Assembly: GCA_021797735.1 (NCBI GenBank)
Contig: JAJZZE010000029.1
Location: forward strand, 6,970 to 70,969
Source: Thermoplasmata archaeon
Lineage (GTDB): Archaea; Thermoplasmatota; Thermoplasmata; Thermoplasmatales; Thermoplasmataceae
Reading direction: 5' to 3'
Length of the DNA: 64,000 bases
Shown here in pieces: positions 1 to 8,929 of this stretch. The notes under the pieces were generated by a model. The model searched no databases. It was not told the DNA's origin and saw nothing but the letters and a program-made list of their open reading frames with translations. The position numbers and the translations under genes are program-made. How positions within the stretch are numbered: the stretch's first letter is position 1; each line of letters begins with the position of its first letter.

Positions 1-233
1 CCGTTATTGAGGTCTATGGAGTATATATCTGATGATTCTCCAGATTTCCCGGTCATCAGCCTGAAATACACACATTTTTTATCAGGGCTTATTTTTGGAT
101 TTGTAACTATTCCAAGATTATTTGTTAACCTCTCGGCATTTTTAGTATTAATGTTATATTTCCACAAATCATTGTCATTAACAAAAACAATCAGATTTTC
201 CCTTATATCAGGGTACATAAAATATTTTTCCAT
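1..233 (-). CDS. tri: tricorn protease, N-terminal fragment (gene continues beyond window start)
   Basis: Minus-strand translation from ATG at 233 stays open to position 1: MEKYFMYPDIRENLIVFVNDNDLWKYNINTKNAERLTNNLGIVTNPKISPDKKCVYFRLM. It aligns with the T. acidophilum tricorn N-terminus as I remember it (NPDIHGDRIIFVCCDDLWEHDL..NLGVINNARFFPDG). It is absent from the ORF track because it is edge-truncated. Confidence 0.8.
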   Translation of the reverse strand, partial: MEKYFMYPDIRENLIVFVNDNDLWKYNINTKNAERLTNNLGIVTNPKISPDKKCVYFRLMTGKSGESSDIYSIDLNN

Positions 234-435
234 ATAAGTTTATAAGTAATGTTTATTTATATATTTTGTTCATGAATTATCTATATCGGTGTTTCCAGAT
301 ACTCCACATTATGGGAAACATAAGAATCCGCCTTCAGGTTTAGGATATCAGAAACGAGTTTTAGAAAAACTCTGCTGTTAAAAGCCATTAACATGTAATA
401 TAAATGGTTAAATATTAATAATAAATATTATAATT

Positions 436-603
436 ATGATATGCCCGGTATGTAATGCAGAAATACAGGAAACACCATTTAAAGAGTGGTTATTTAATGA
501 TTATTCTGTTTCAAGGTATAAATGTCAGGAATGTGGATATTCCTTCAATGTTTATTCAAAGGAAGGAAAGGAATCATATACAATTCCAAAAAGAAAAATT
601 TAG
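436..603 (+). CDS. small zinc-ribbon protein (55 aa)
   Basis: ATG at 436, TAG at 601-603: MICPVCNAEIQETPFKEWLFNDYSVSRYKCQECGYSFNVYSKEGKESYTIPKRKI. It has two CxxC pairs spaced as in a zinc ribbon and an AT-rich upstream region divergent from tricorn. It is below the 60-aa track cutoff. Confidence 0.55.
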   Translation: MICPVCNAEIQETPFKEWLFNDYSVSRYKCQECGYSFNVYSKEGKESYTIPKRKI

Positions 604-717
604 ATTTATTATACAATTTCAATAATGTTTTTAAAATATATTTATAGTATTTTTATTATTTATATATTAAATTTAACTATTATGGCAGGAATTCTGGTAT
701 GGTAATGAGCCATCTAC

Positions 718-2772
718 CTACTGCAGCATTCTTCCAGCCCATATACTTAAATCATCAGGTTTAATAGGGGTTTCCCTTATTCTCTTACCCGTATTGAGTT
801 CTATTGACCTTGCAAGGGCCACAGGTGTTCCTATTGTTGGCGCCTCTCCAAGGCCTTTAGCCCCATTTAATGTTTCTGATGGATTTTCTATCCATTTTAT
901 ATGGTACTCAGGCACATAATCGGATGTTAACAGGCCTGCATCGGCTATGCTCCGTGTTAATAGCTGCCCCTCGGAATATTTCAGTGCTTCCGAAAATATC
1001 TGTCCAATACCCTCCATTGCACCACCTATTATCTGTGCCTTTACATTCATTTCACTCAATACATTACCAAGGTCATAGTATGAATACCAGTTATCCACAT
1101 TTATTTTTCCAGTTTTATCTACAGATGATGTTACCATATTAAAGTTAATCGAATTCACATCATAATTTATTTCAATGAATTTGTATTTATCAAAGCTTCC
1201 AGATAATAGTTTTCCAGGACTGTATTCACCGTATTTTTTTCTAATGTCATTTTTTATTTCCCTTGCAACGTATAGTAATGCAGAACCGCCGGCAATTGCA
1301 GATCTTGACCCCCATGCTCCTATTCCCTTCTCCATCATTGATGTATCTCCATTTTCAAGTGTTATTATTTCCCTGTTTATTTTTAATTCTTTTTCAAGTA
1401 TGTTTTTAACAAATATTTCATGTCCCTGGCCATGTACATTGCCGCCCAGATATACCTTTACCCTACCATTATTTACAATTATCCTTGCACTTTCTCCTGG
1501 CCTTGATGCCGGAATTAAAACAAAGAATGCTATGCCGGTTTTTTCTTTTTTTGAGATATCTCTGTAGTTTAACTCATTTAAAGCATTTTCTAGAAATGGC
1601 CTTGTAGCTTCCCTTATTTCCAGGCCAAGGGGTGATTTAAATGGCCTATCAGACGTATTAATCAGTCTTACATCGGCTATATACATTTTTAATTTATCAG
1701 CTAACAGATCCATCATTCTTTCCATGAAAAATGCCGCTTCAGGCCTTCCCGCACCACGATATGGTCCCATGGGAGCCTTGTTTGTAATTAAAGATGATGC
1801 CTTAACATATGCGTTTTCTATACTGTACGGCCCTGTTAACTGGTATGCTATAAATATCGGGGCAAATGATCCGGTACCGGCATCGTATGCACCCGCATCA
1901 ACGTATACATCCCCCTTTAATCCCGTGATTTTGCCGTTGTTTTTTGCATAGATTTTTATTTTAGCTTTAGCTCCCCTGCCGGGATAGGCAGCCATTAAAT
2001 GCTCCATTCTTGTTTCTATCCATTTTACAGGTTTTTTATATTTCATCGATGCATATGCTGCCATTACATATTCAGGATAAAATGAACCCTTAACGCCAAA
2101 AGCACCACCTGTATCCGCCTGAATTACTATTACATCATTTTTATTAAGTTTCAATGATTCAACCAGGCCTGATTTTACAGACTGAACGGATTGTGTGGAA
2201 ACGTAGAAATATAATTTGCTATCCCTATAATATGCAATGCATCCCCTTGTTTCTATTGGATTTGGTACAATCCTCTCATTAAAAAATTCATCCTCCAGCA
2301 TGATATCATAATCAATATCATTTTCATTAAAGTCCTTACCGAGATCCTGTGACGCCAGTATATTATTTTTTGTACCATTATGTACCGGTTCACCGTGCAG
2401 TGATTCATCTATGCTGGAAATAGCCTTTAATGGCTCGTAATCCACTTTAACCGTATTCAATAAATCCTCGCTTTCGTATCTGGTTTTACCAAAAACTGCC
2501 GCTATAGGCTGTCCCTCGTAATTTACATAATCTGTAGCAAAAACATGTTCATGGTATATATTTTTATTTTTACCAGCACCAAGGGATGCCATTTCTCCCA
2601 TTGATGATTTATAATATGCATTTAAATCATTTGCATTCAGCCCGCCGGTTACATTACCTATCTTTGCCCTGCCATACTGGCTTCTATATACGGACATGTA
2701 TAACATATTATCAAATATTATATCATCAATATATTTCCCTTTGCCATCAACATAACGGTCTCTGTAGTCCAT
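718..2772 (-). CDS. molybdopterin-binding large subunit of the xanthine dehydrogenase/aldehyde oxidase/CoxL family
   Basis: 684-aa ORF with a PYRGAGRPEA motif (form-II CoxL-like AYRGAGR) and typical a/b-hammerhead and MoCo-binding sequence blocks. Confidence 0.85.
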   Translation of the reverse strand: MDYRDRYVDGKGKYIDDIIFDNMLYMSVYRSQYGRAKIGNVTGGLNANDLNAYYKSSMGEMASLGAGKNKNIYHEHVFATDYVNYEGQPIAAVFGKTRYESEDLLNTVKVDYEPLKAISSIDESLHGEPVHNGTKNNILASQDLGKDFNENDIDYDIMLEDEFFNERIVPNPIETRGCIAYYRDSKLYFYVSTQSVQSVKSGLVESLKLNKNDVIVIQADTGGAFGVKGSFYPEYVMAAYASMKYKKPVKWIETRMEHLMAAYPGRGAKAKIKIYAKNNGKITGLKGDVYVDAGAYDAGTGSFAPIFIAYQLTGPYSIENAYVKASSLITNKAPMGPYRGAGRPEAAFFMERMMDLLADKLKMYIADVRLINTSDRPFKSPLGLEIREATRPFLENALNELNYRDISKKEKTGIAFFVLIPASRPGESARIIVNNGRVKVYLGGNVHGQGHEIFVKNILEKELKINREIITLENGDTSMMEKGIGAWGSRSAIAGGSALLYVAREIKNDIRKKYGEYSPGKLLSGSFDKYKFIEINYDVNSINFNMVTSSVDKTGKINVDNWYSYYDLGNVLSEMNVKAQIIGGAMEGIGQIFSEALKYSEGQLLTRSIADAGLLTSDYVPEYHIKWIENPSETLNGAKGLGEAPTIGTPVALARSIELNTGKRIRETPIKPDDLSIWAGRMLQ

Positions 2773-2840
2773 ATAAGTATAAACATAATTATAATATTAA
2801 TATTACTGTAAAAACTTTGTAACAAATTATTTTTATCATA

Positions 2841-3038
2841 TTATTTTTCATCATCAGAATCCTGCATAAATTTTATTAATTTAAGGTTATGGACTATTTC
2901 CCTTTTTATTATATCAGCTATTCCAATTCCCTCCTCCACTGATCTATTACACAATTCAACCGTTCTTTTATGGTCTACAGTTATAAAATGCCCATCTCTG
3001 TCATAAATAATCATGTATCCCATATCACCGCAATCCAT
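2841..3038 (-). CDS. hypothetical small acidic protein (65 aa)
   Basis: ORF only; no recognisable motif. It sits in its own intergenic slot. Confidence 0.35.
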   Translation of the reverse strand: MDCGDMGYMIIYDRDGHFITVDHKRTVELCNRSVEEGIGIADIIKREIVHNLKLIKFMQDSDDEK

Positions 3039-3124
3039 ATCTATACATGTTAAAATATTATTTATAAATTTATGCAGTATTTTCCATATAAAAATAGTTA
3101 TTTACAATATAATTATTACTGTCT

Positions 3125-4054
3125 ATGCTGGTAAAAAAGCTTGAAGTACCTATTGAGATCAGGGCATTGAAAACTGCAAATGTTTATTTTATAGATAATA
3201 ATAATGATAAATTTATTTTTGATACAGGCATGTCAAAGAATTCATATGAATATATAAAATCAGATATAAACATAAGCGATCTTGATTATATCATAATATC
3301 ACATTTACACATAGATCATCTTGGCGGTGCCATGTATTTTAATGAAATAAATGATATACCCGTTTACATAAGCAAAAACGATTATAATTATATAAAAAAT
3401 TTTATTGTTAACAACGGCTCCTATTTTGATTCGTACAGAGATTTATTAAGAATAAATGGCGTTCCTGAATTATTAACAAATATAATGTTCGAGGCACATC
3501 CACTTATAAAATTTATCAACTATTATAATGAATTAAATATTAAGGTTCTTGATTTTACTCCAGATAATCTGGAGGTAATAGATGTACCAGGGCACTCCCC
3601 CGGATCAATAGTACTTTATTCCGAATCAGACAAGTCATTGTTTTCAGGAGACCATATACTGAACAAAATAACACCAAATATAAGTGTATATTCAAGGGAC
3701 GAAGATTATTTAGGTTTATATATAGACAGCCTTAAAAAAATAAAAAATCTGGATGTAAAAACAGTTTATCCAGGCCACGGGGATATTTTCCATAATTATA
3801 GGGAAAGAATTAATGCAATATTGGAGCACCATAATAACAGGATTAACAGTATGTTAAAAATATTAAACTCATGGAAAAGTGCATATGAGGTTGCATCAGA
3901 AATAGAGTGGAGTAAAGGAAGAAAAATGGAAACAATGAATTATATGGAAAAAAATTTTGCAGTTATGGAAACAATAACGCATCTAATATATATGCACAAT
4001 AAGAATTTAATAAGGATGGCTGATGATAATAATATAATTAAATATATGATATAA
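3125..4054 (+). CDS. MBL-fold metallo-hydrolase
   Basis: HxHxDH motif (SHLHIDHLGG), later PGHSPGS and GDH blocks, and a helical C-terminal extension. Confidence 0.85.
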   Translation: MLVKKLEVPIEIRALKTANVYFIDNNNDKFIFDTGMSKNSYEYIKSDINISDLDYIIISHLHIDHLGGAMYFNEINDIPVYISKNDYNYIKNFIVNNGSYFDSYRDLLRINGVPELLTNIMFEAHPLIKFINYYNELNIKVLDFTPDNLEVIDVPGHSPGSIVLYSESDKSLFSGDHILNKITPNISVYSRDEDYLGLYIDSLKKIKNLDVKTVYPGHGDIFHNYRERINAILEHHNNRINSMLKILNSWKSAYEVASEIEWSKGRKMETMNYMEKNFAVMETITHLIYMHNKNLIRMADDNNIIKYMI

Positions 4055-4112
4055 TAATAATTTTAGATTTTTTAAACAAATTTAATATAACAGAATTTCG
4101 TTAAAGGCAAAA

Positions 4113-4835
4113 GTGAAGATATTTAGAATATTATCAGTAATCGCCATAATTGTAATACTGTTAGGGGTTACATATACCGGTATTGCCGCATATGATACCA
4201 TGGAAACAGCGAAAAGTATATCAGTTTCTGATTATAAATCCGGCTTATCCGGTAGTGGCATTAATGCATCAGCCTTAATTTCCGGTAAGAATGCGGGCTT
4301 TTTTACATCAAAAATAATAGTAAATAATAATACATTGAATTTCAGGCCGGGAATAGAAGAGCATAAAAGAATCTATTTCAATGAAAGTTTCAGTACACTA
4401 ATGAATAATGGATGGCCATTGAATAATGTATCGGTTTACAAAAATGTATCTATAACTACGCCATCGTATCTATTTAATGCAAGCTCTAATATAGAAAAAT
4501 ACTATAATTTAGGCGCTCCATTCCACGATTTTAAAGTAATAAATTCCTCACTAATAGGTTCAAATAAAACCTATAAAATATACAACATAACCACATCATT
4601 CCACGATTATTTAAATTATAATATAGGTAAAATTAACGGGTACAAACCGTTAATTCAGATACTTTACAATAACTCAACCGCAGGGATAATAAAAAACATA
4701 ACATTATCATACAATAAAATTTATCAGTACAACGGCACACTGGAATTACCCTCAGGTGTAAAATATGCAAATCTTACCTTCGCATTGCCCGGTACAGATA
4801 TAAAATGGGAGGAGAAAAATGTCAAAATTAATTAA
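4113..4835 (+). CDS. exported or membrane-anchored protein rich in N-glycosylation sequons
   Basis: GTG start and an N-terminal hydrophobic anchor (ILSVIAIIVILLGVTYTGIAA). I count about 14 N-x-S/T sequons in 240 aa. Confidence 0.6.
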   Translation: MKIFRILSVIAIIVILLGVTYTGIAAYDTMETAKSISVSDYKSGLSGSGINASALISGKNAGFFTSKIIVNNNTLNFRPGIEEHKRIYFNESFSTLMNNGWPLNNVSVYKNVSITTPSYLFNASSNIEKYYNLGAPFHDFKVINSSLIGSNKTYKIYNITTSFHDYLNYNIGKINGYKPLIQILYNNSTAGIIKNITLSYNKIYQYNGTLELPSGVKYANLTFALPGTDIKWEEKNVKIN

Positions 4836-5274
4836 TGGAATAATAAAATCAATGTTTTCTTTAGTATTTTTATTGCTATTTTTCTACGATTTATTACCAT
4901 ATGTTCATTCCTACCTGGTTTTATACGGATTGAATTTAATGGACTTTGTTAATTCAATATATTATATACCGGTTACAGTAATACTTATAATAACTGTGAT
5001 GCTAAGGGAAATGTTATATTATAAATGGTACAGATATTTCTTTACAGCATTTTATATCGCCATTGAAGTCCTGTTACTGTATATATTATTAAATTCGGGA
5101 ATATTATTAATAAACAGAGGTAGTTTCGGTCTGCCTGCCTCCCTGATTATAAACTTCAGATATCTGTTATATCTAATAATTTTCTCAGAAATCTTGATTA
5201 TAATATCAAAAATACTCAGGTCATTTTACATAAAAAATAAAATTAAAAATGAAACTGATATATCTCAAAATTAA
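4819..5274 (+). CDS. multi-pass membrane protein (about 4 TM), unknown function
   Basis: Overlaps the upstream gene by 17 nt, which suggests an operon. The sequence is highly hydrophobic. Confidence 0.55.
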   Translation: MSKLINGIIKSMFSLVFLLLFFYDLLPYVHSYLVLYGLNLMDFVNSIYYIPVTVILIITVMLREMLYYKWYRYFFTAFYIAIEVLLLYILLNSGILLINRGSFGLPASLIINFRYLLYLIIFSEILIIISKILRSFYIKNKIKNETDISQN

Positions 5275-5409
5275 TAAAATGCAATGATAAAAATGGCAAT
5301 TTTATATTTTATAATTTTTGCCGGACATGTTAGCGGGAATCATAGTGATTGAAAATATAACTTTTTAATCAACCAGTGCCATATATGCGGTAAGCTATAC
5401 TGTTATTAT

Positions 5410-7095
5410 TCAATATTTTTTCAGGAAATATTCATATTCGCCTTCCGCATTATTTTCCTTTCTATCCATTTCTATGTCCCTCAATTCATTTCTCCGGATT
5501 TTCCCACTTATTGTCTTTGGCAGTTCATTTGTGAATTCTATGATCTCTGGCAGTTTATAGGGTGGCAGTAATTTTTTTACACTGTTAAATATCAACTTTG
5601 CCGTTTCTTCATTTTTATTGAATTCTGGTTTTAAAACAATAAATGCCTTGACTTTCTGATATTTCAATCTATCCGGGCTGCCTATAACAGCGGACTCCAG
5701 AACACACTCATTGGTTATTATTGCACTTTCAACCTCAAATGGGCCTATCCTGTAATCAGAAGATTTTATGACATCATCAGATCTGCTGACAAAAAAGAAA
5801 TGGGCATCATCATCTTTAAAGGCTTTATCCCCGGTTAGATAATAATTATTTATAAATACACTCTTATTTTTTTCCTTATCAGAATAACTCAAAAACAAAC
5901 CATAATTATTCTCATAATCTTTTACCGCTATTAATCCAGGTTCGTAACTTTTATTGATTTCGTTCATCTCATCATCCAGTAATACAATGTTATACAGTGG
6001 TGAAATTTTTCCCATGGATCCCGGTATAACTTTAGAACCTGGCATATTTCCTATGATTCCGGTACTTTCTGTTTGTCCATAATAATCTCTTATTGTTGTA
6101 CCAAATTTATTTCTCCATTTGTTTATTATTTCTGCATTTAGTGGCTCACCGGCACTTACAGTTTCCTTTAATGAGTTTAATTTTATGCCATCCAGGTTTA
6201 AGGATAAAAATTGCCTCCATGCCGTTGGTGGTGCACAGAATGAATTAACATTATACTTTTCTAAAATTTCCAGATATTTTTTTGTATTTAATTTCCCTGA
6301 ATAATCTACTGTTAATACCGTGGCACCAACACTTAATGGTGCAAAAAATGAGCTCCATGCAAATTTTGCCCAGCCCGGGGAACTCAGATTATTATGTATA
6401 TAGTTATTCCTTATTCCTGTTAACATTACATTCGATAACTGGCCTAATGGGTATAATACTGCGCTATGATTAACCGTTTTCGGCATTCCAGTTGTACCCG
6501 ATGTGAAATATTTTATAAAAATATCATTTATATTTAATTTTTCAGGTTCTGCATTAGAACTCTCCTTATAAATTTCATCAAAATCTACACAATTTTTAAA
6601 GCTGTTTATAGCTATCTTCAACGGATTATTACTTAAGGAATTTATAATTTTCTTCATGTTATTTTCATCAGCTATAACAGCATCCGGCTCTACATTGGAA
6701 AATCTGTATTTTAACTCATATTCTGTTAAATTCGGTGCCAGTGGTATTAAAGTAAAGCCTGCTTTCAGCGACGCCATTATTATATACCACTGTTCTATTA
6801 TTGCCGGGGTCATAACATATATTATTGAACCCTTCTTCATCCGGTTTTTTCTTAGAAAATTTATCAATCTGTTATAATTAATATAGAATTCCTTATATTT
6901 AATTCTTTTTTCGGTATCGTTATCCATATTATAATATATTATGATATCTTTATCCTGATTTATATATAATTTCTCAAACATATCTGAAACCCAGTTAAAA
7001 TCTGTATATGTTTTAGAATTTTTTAACTCTGTCAGCATACTCTCCCTTTCATCAAATTTTTCATCAAAATTTTTATAAAAATTCTGCAGCTCCAT
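5410..7095 (-). CDS. AMP-forming acyl-CoA synthetase/ligase
   Basis: AMP-binding signature YFTSGTTGMPK, YGQTE block and C-terminal GKIRR. Confidence 0.9.
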   Translation of the reverse strand: MELQNFYKNFDEKFDERESMLTELKNSKTYTDFNWVSDMFEKLYINQDKDIIIYYNMDNDTEKRIKYKEFYINYNRLINFLRKNRMKKGSIIYVMTPAIIEQWYIIMASLKAGFTLIPLAPNLTEYELKYRFSNVEPDAVIADENNMKKIINSLSNNPLKIAINSFKNCVDFDEIYKESSNAEPEKLNINDIFIKYFTSGTTGMPKTVNHSAVLYPLGQLSNVMLTGIRNNYIHNNLSSPGWAKFAWSSFFAPLSVGATVLTVDYSGKLNTKKYLEILEKYNVNSFCAPPTAWRQFLSLNLDGIKLNSLKETVSAGEPLNAEIINKWRNKFGTTIRDYYGQTESTGIIGNMPGSKVIPGSMGKISPLYNIVLLDDEMNEINKSYEPGLIAVKDYENNYGLFLSYSDKEKNKSVFINNYYLTGDKAFKDDDAHFFFVSRSDDVIKSSDYRIGPFEVESAIITNECVLESAVIGSPDRLKYQKVKAFIVLKPEFNKNEETAKLIFNSVKKLLPPYKLPEIIEFTNELPKTISGKIRRNELRDIEMDRKENNAEGEYEYFLKKY

Positions 7096-7228
7096 AAAAA
7101 AGTATAGTGTAAAATATATAAAAACTTTATTTAAATATTTCAGTTAATCACCACAATTAATAGTAACTACCATTAATTATGTTATTCAGCCTATTATTTC
7201 CGGGTATAATTTTATTTTATAATTAACT

Positions 7229-8053
7229 TTAAATAGAATTGCCAGTCAGTGTATCAATATCTATTTTTATCCTTTTTACTTCTTTTCTGCCCTTCTCCAC
7301 TATAAAGGTATCCTTATCCTTAGAAATACTGTAGTTTTCATACTCAGTTACCACTCTCTTTGCAACTGCATTCTCTATAAGGCGATTCTTATCTATTAGA
7401 TTTCCGAGATTGGTAAAACCATTGTCTACTGTATAAAATATCATGCTATTATCATTTATATCATTTATTTTAAATATTATATCTGCTTTTTCAAGATATT
7501 CTATATATAAATCTATATTTTTTATATTAAACGATTTCTTGACACTATTAATTGATATACCTGGATTTTTAACCATATACAGCGATAAATCAAATAATTC
7601 ATTAAAATTCTTTATATTATATTTTATGCATATTCTCTGTACCGAGCTATATAATATGCTGTATAATACATTTTTATCCTCTGTTTCAATATATTCTGTA
7701 AAGCCACCGGTATATAAATAACTATTTACATCCCCATATTTATTTATGTATTCATTATATAAAATTGGTATTTTTTCTATATCCACATGTCTTTCATTCA
7801 ATTTAAATTGAAATTTTTTACCCATAACTGTATAACTTGATCCGGTATACAGCATACCACGATTTTTTGATGTTTTTAATTTTGTTTCCCACGAATCGAT
7901 TTTATTTAAAGTTCCGGGTAAAAAATAACTGAACTTTCCATACTCTTCAATGTATATATTACCTTTTTGTTCTTTATTTACCTCTTTTTGTATGATCTTA
8001 TTACTAAAAGAATATTCCGGGTTAATAAATTTTTCAAAGATATTTTTTATCAC
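7229..8053 (-). CDS. DUF4143-type ATPase homolog lacking the P-loop N-terminus
   Basis: The segment TGSS..(GR-like)..IPILYNEY and the C-terminal FYTVDNGFTNL...ENAV resemble the archaeal AAA/DUF4143 family. No Walker A motif is present in the 274-aa ORF. Confidence 0.45.
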   Translation of the reverse strand: MIKNIFEKFINPEYSFSNKIIQKEVNKEQKGNIYIEEYGKFSYFLPGTLNKIDSWETKLKTSKNRGMLYTGSSYTVMGKKFQFKLNERHVDIEKIPILYNEYINKYGDVNSYLYTGGFTEYIETEDKNVLYSILYSSVQRICIKYNIKNFNELFDLSLYMVKNPGISINSVKKSFNIKNIDLYIEYLEKADIIFKINDINDNSMIFYTVDNGFTNLGNLIDKNRLIENAVAKRVVTEYENYSISKDKDTFIVEKGRKEVKRIKIDIDTLTGNSI

Positions 8054-8209
8054 ATTAATGTATATTATAATTTATATTTAAAATTTTTATTTTCTACATA
8101 ATTTTAAATATTAATAGATAAAGATCCTGTAATGACAATTTTAACATGATTTTTATACAGGCAATACACAGGGTTATAGGGAAAATAATAATTATAAAAA
8201 ACTTTTTTA

Positions 8210-8929
8210 GTGATGTATGGTTATACTTTTATGGATTGCGTAACCGTTAATAATTTATCAAAAAACTATGATAAAAGGAGGGTGTTAAACAACATATCCT
8301 TTTCATTAGAATGCAATAAAAGTTATTCATTAATAGGCCAGAATGGTGCAGGAAAAAGTACAATATTAAAAATACTGGCCGGTTTAATTGACTATACCGG
8401 TGATGTAACAATAAAGAAAAATAAACCCGGATCTGATGAATCTAAAAAATTGATTGGATATCTGGCAGAGGATGCATCTCCATATATAAACCTAACCGTT
8501 AAGGAAAATTTACTGTATATAGCATCCTTAAGGGGTGTTCAAAATATGAATGAAAGATTATCATTTCTGGTTGATTTACTGGGCCTTAATCGTTATTTAA
8601 ATATAATGGTCTCAAGCTTATCAAGGGGAACAATGCAGAGGTTATCATTGGCATTATCTATAGTACATAATCCGGAGATAGTACTGCTGGATGAACCATT
8701 AAATTATATAGATATACCTACACAGGAAAAAGTCATTCAATTTTTTAGAACAATGAATTCAACATTTTTAATATCCACACACGTTATGTCAATAGCAGAG
8801 AGATTTGCAGAAAATATAATAATTATAAATGATGGTAATATAATATTCAATGGTAAATTATCAGAAATAGAATCTATGAGAAAAAATAACGAAACAATAG
8901 AAAGTGTAATATCAGGTATCATGTTATGA
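8210..8929 (+). CDS. ABC transporter ATP-binding protein
   Basis: Walker A GQNGAGKST, signature LSRGTMQRL and Walker B VLLDEP. The more likely start is ATG at 8231 (MDCVTVNNLSKNY). Confidence 0.9.
   Translation: MMYGYTFMDCVTVNNLSKNYDKRRVLNNISFSLECNKSYSLIGQNGAGKSTILKILAGLIDYTGDVTIKKNKPGSDESKKLIGYLAEDASPYINLTVKENLLYIASLRGVQNMNERLSFLVDLLGLNRYLNIMVSSLSRGTMQRLSLALSIVHNPEIVLLDEPLNYIDIPTQEKVIQFFRTMNSTFLISTHVMSIAERFAENIIIINDGNIIFNGKLSEIESMRKNNETIESVISGIML

Noticed and set aside
7-237. 76-aa plus-strand ORF at the window start
   Set aside because: It is antisense to a convincing tricorn protease N-terminus. Its sequence is hydrophobic low-complexity typical of a shadow frame.
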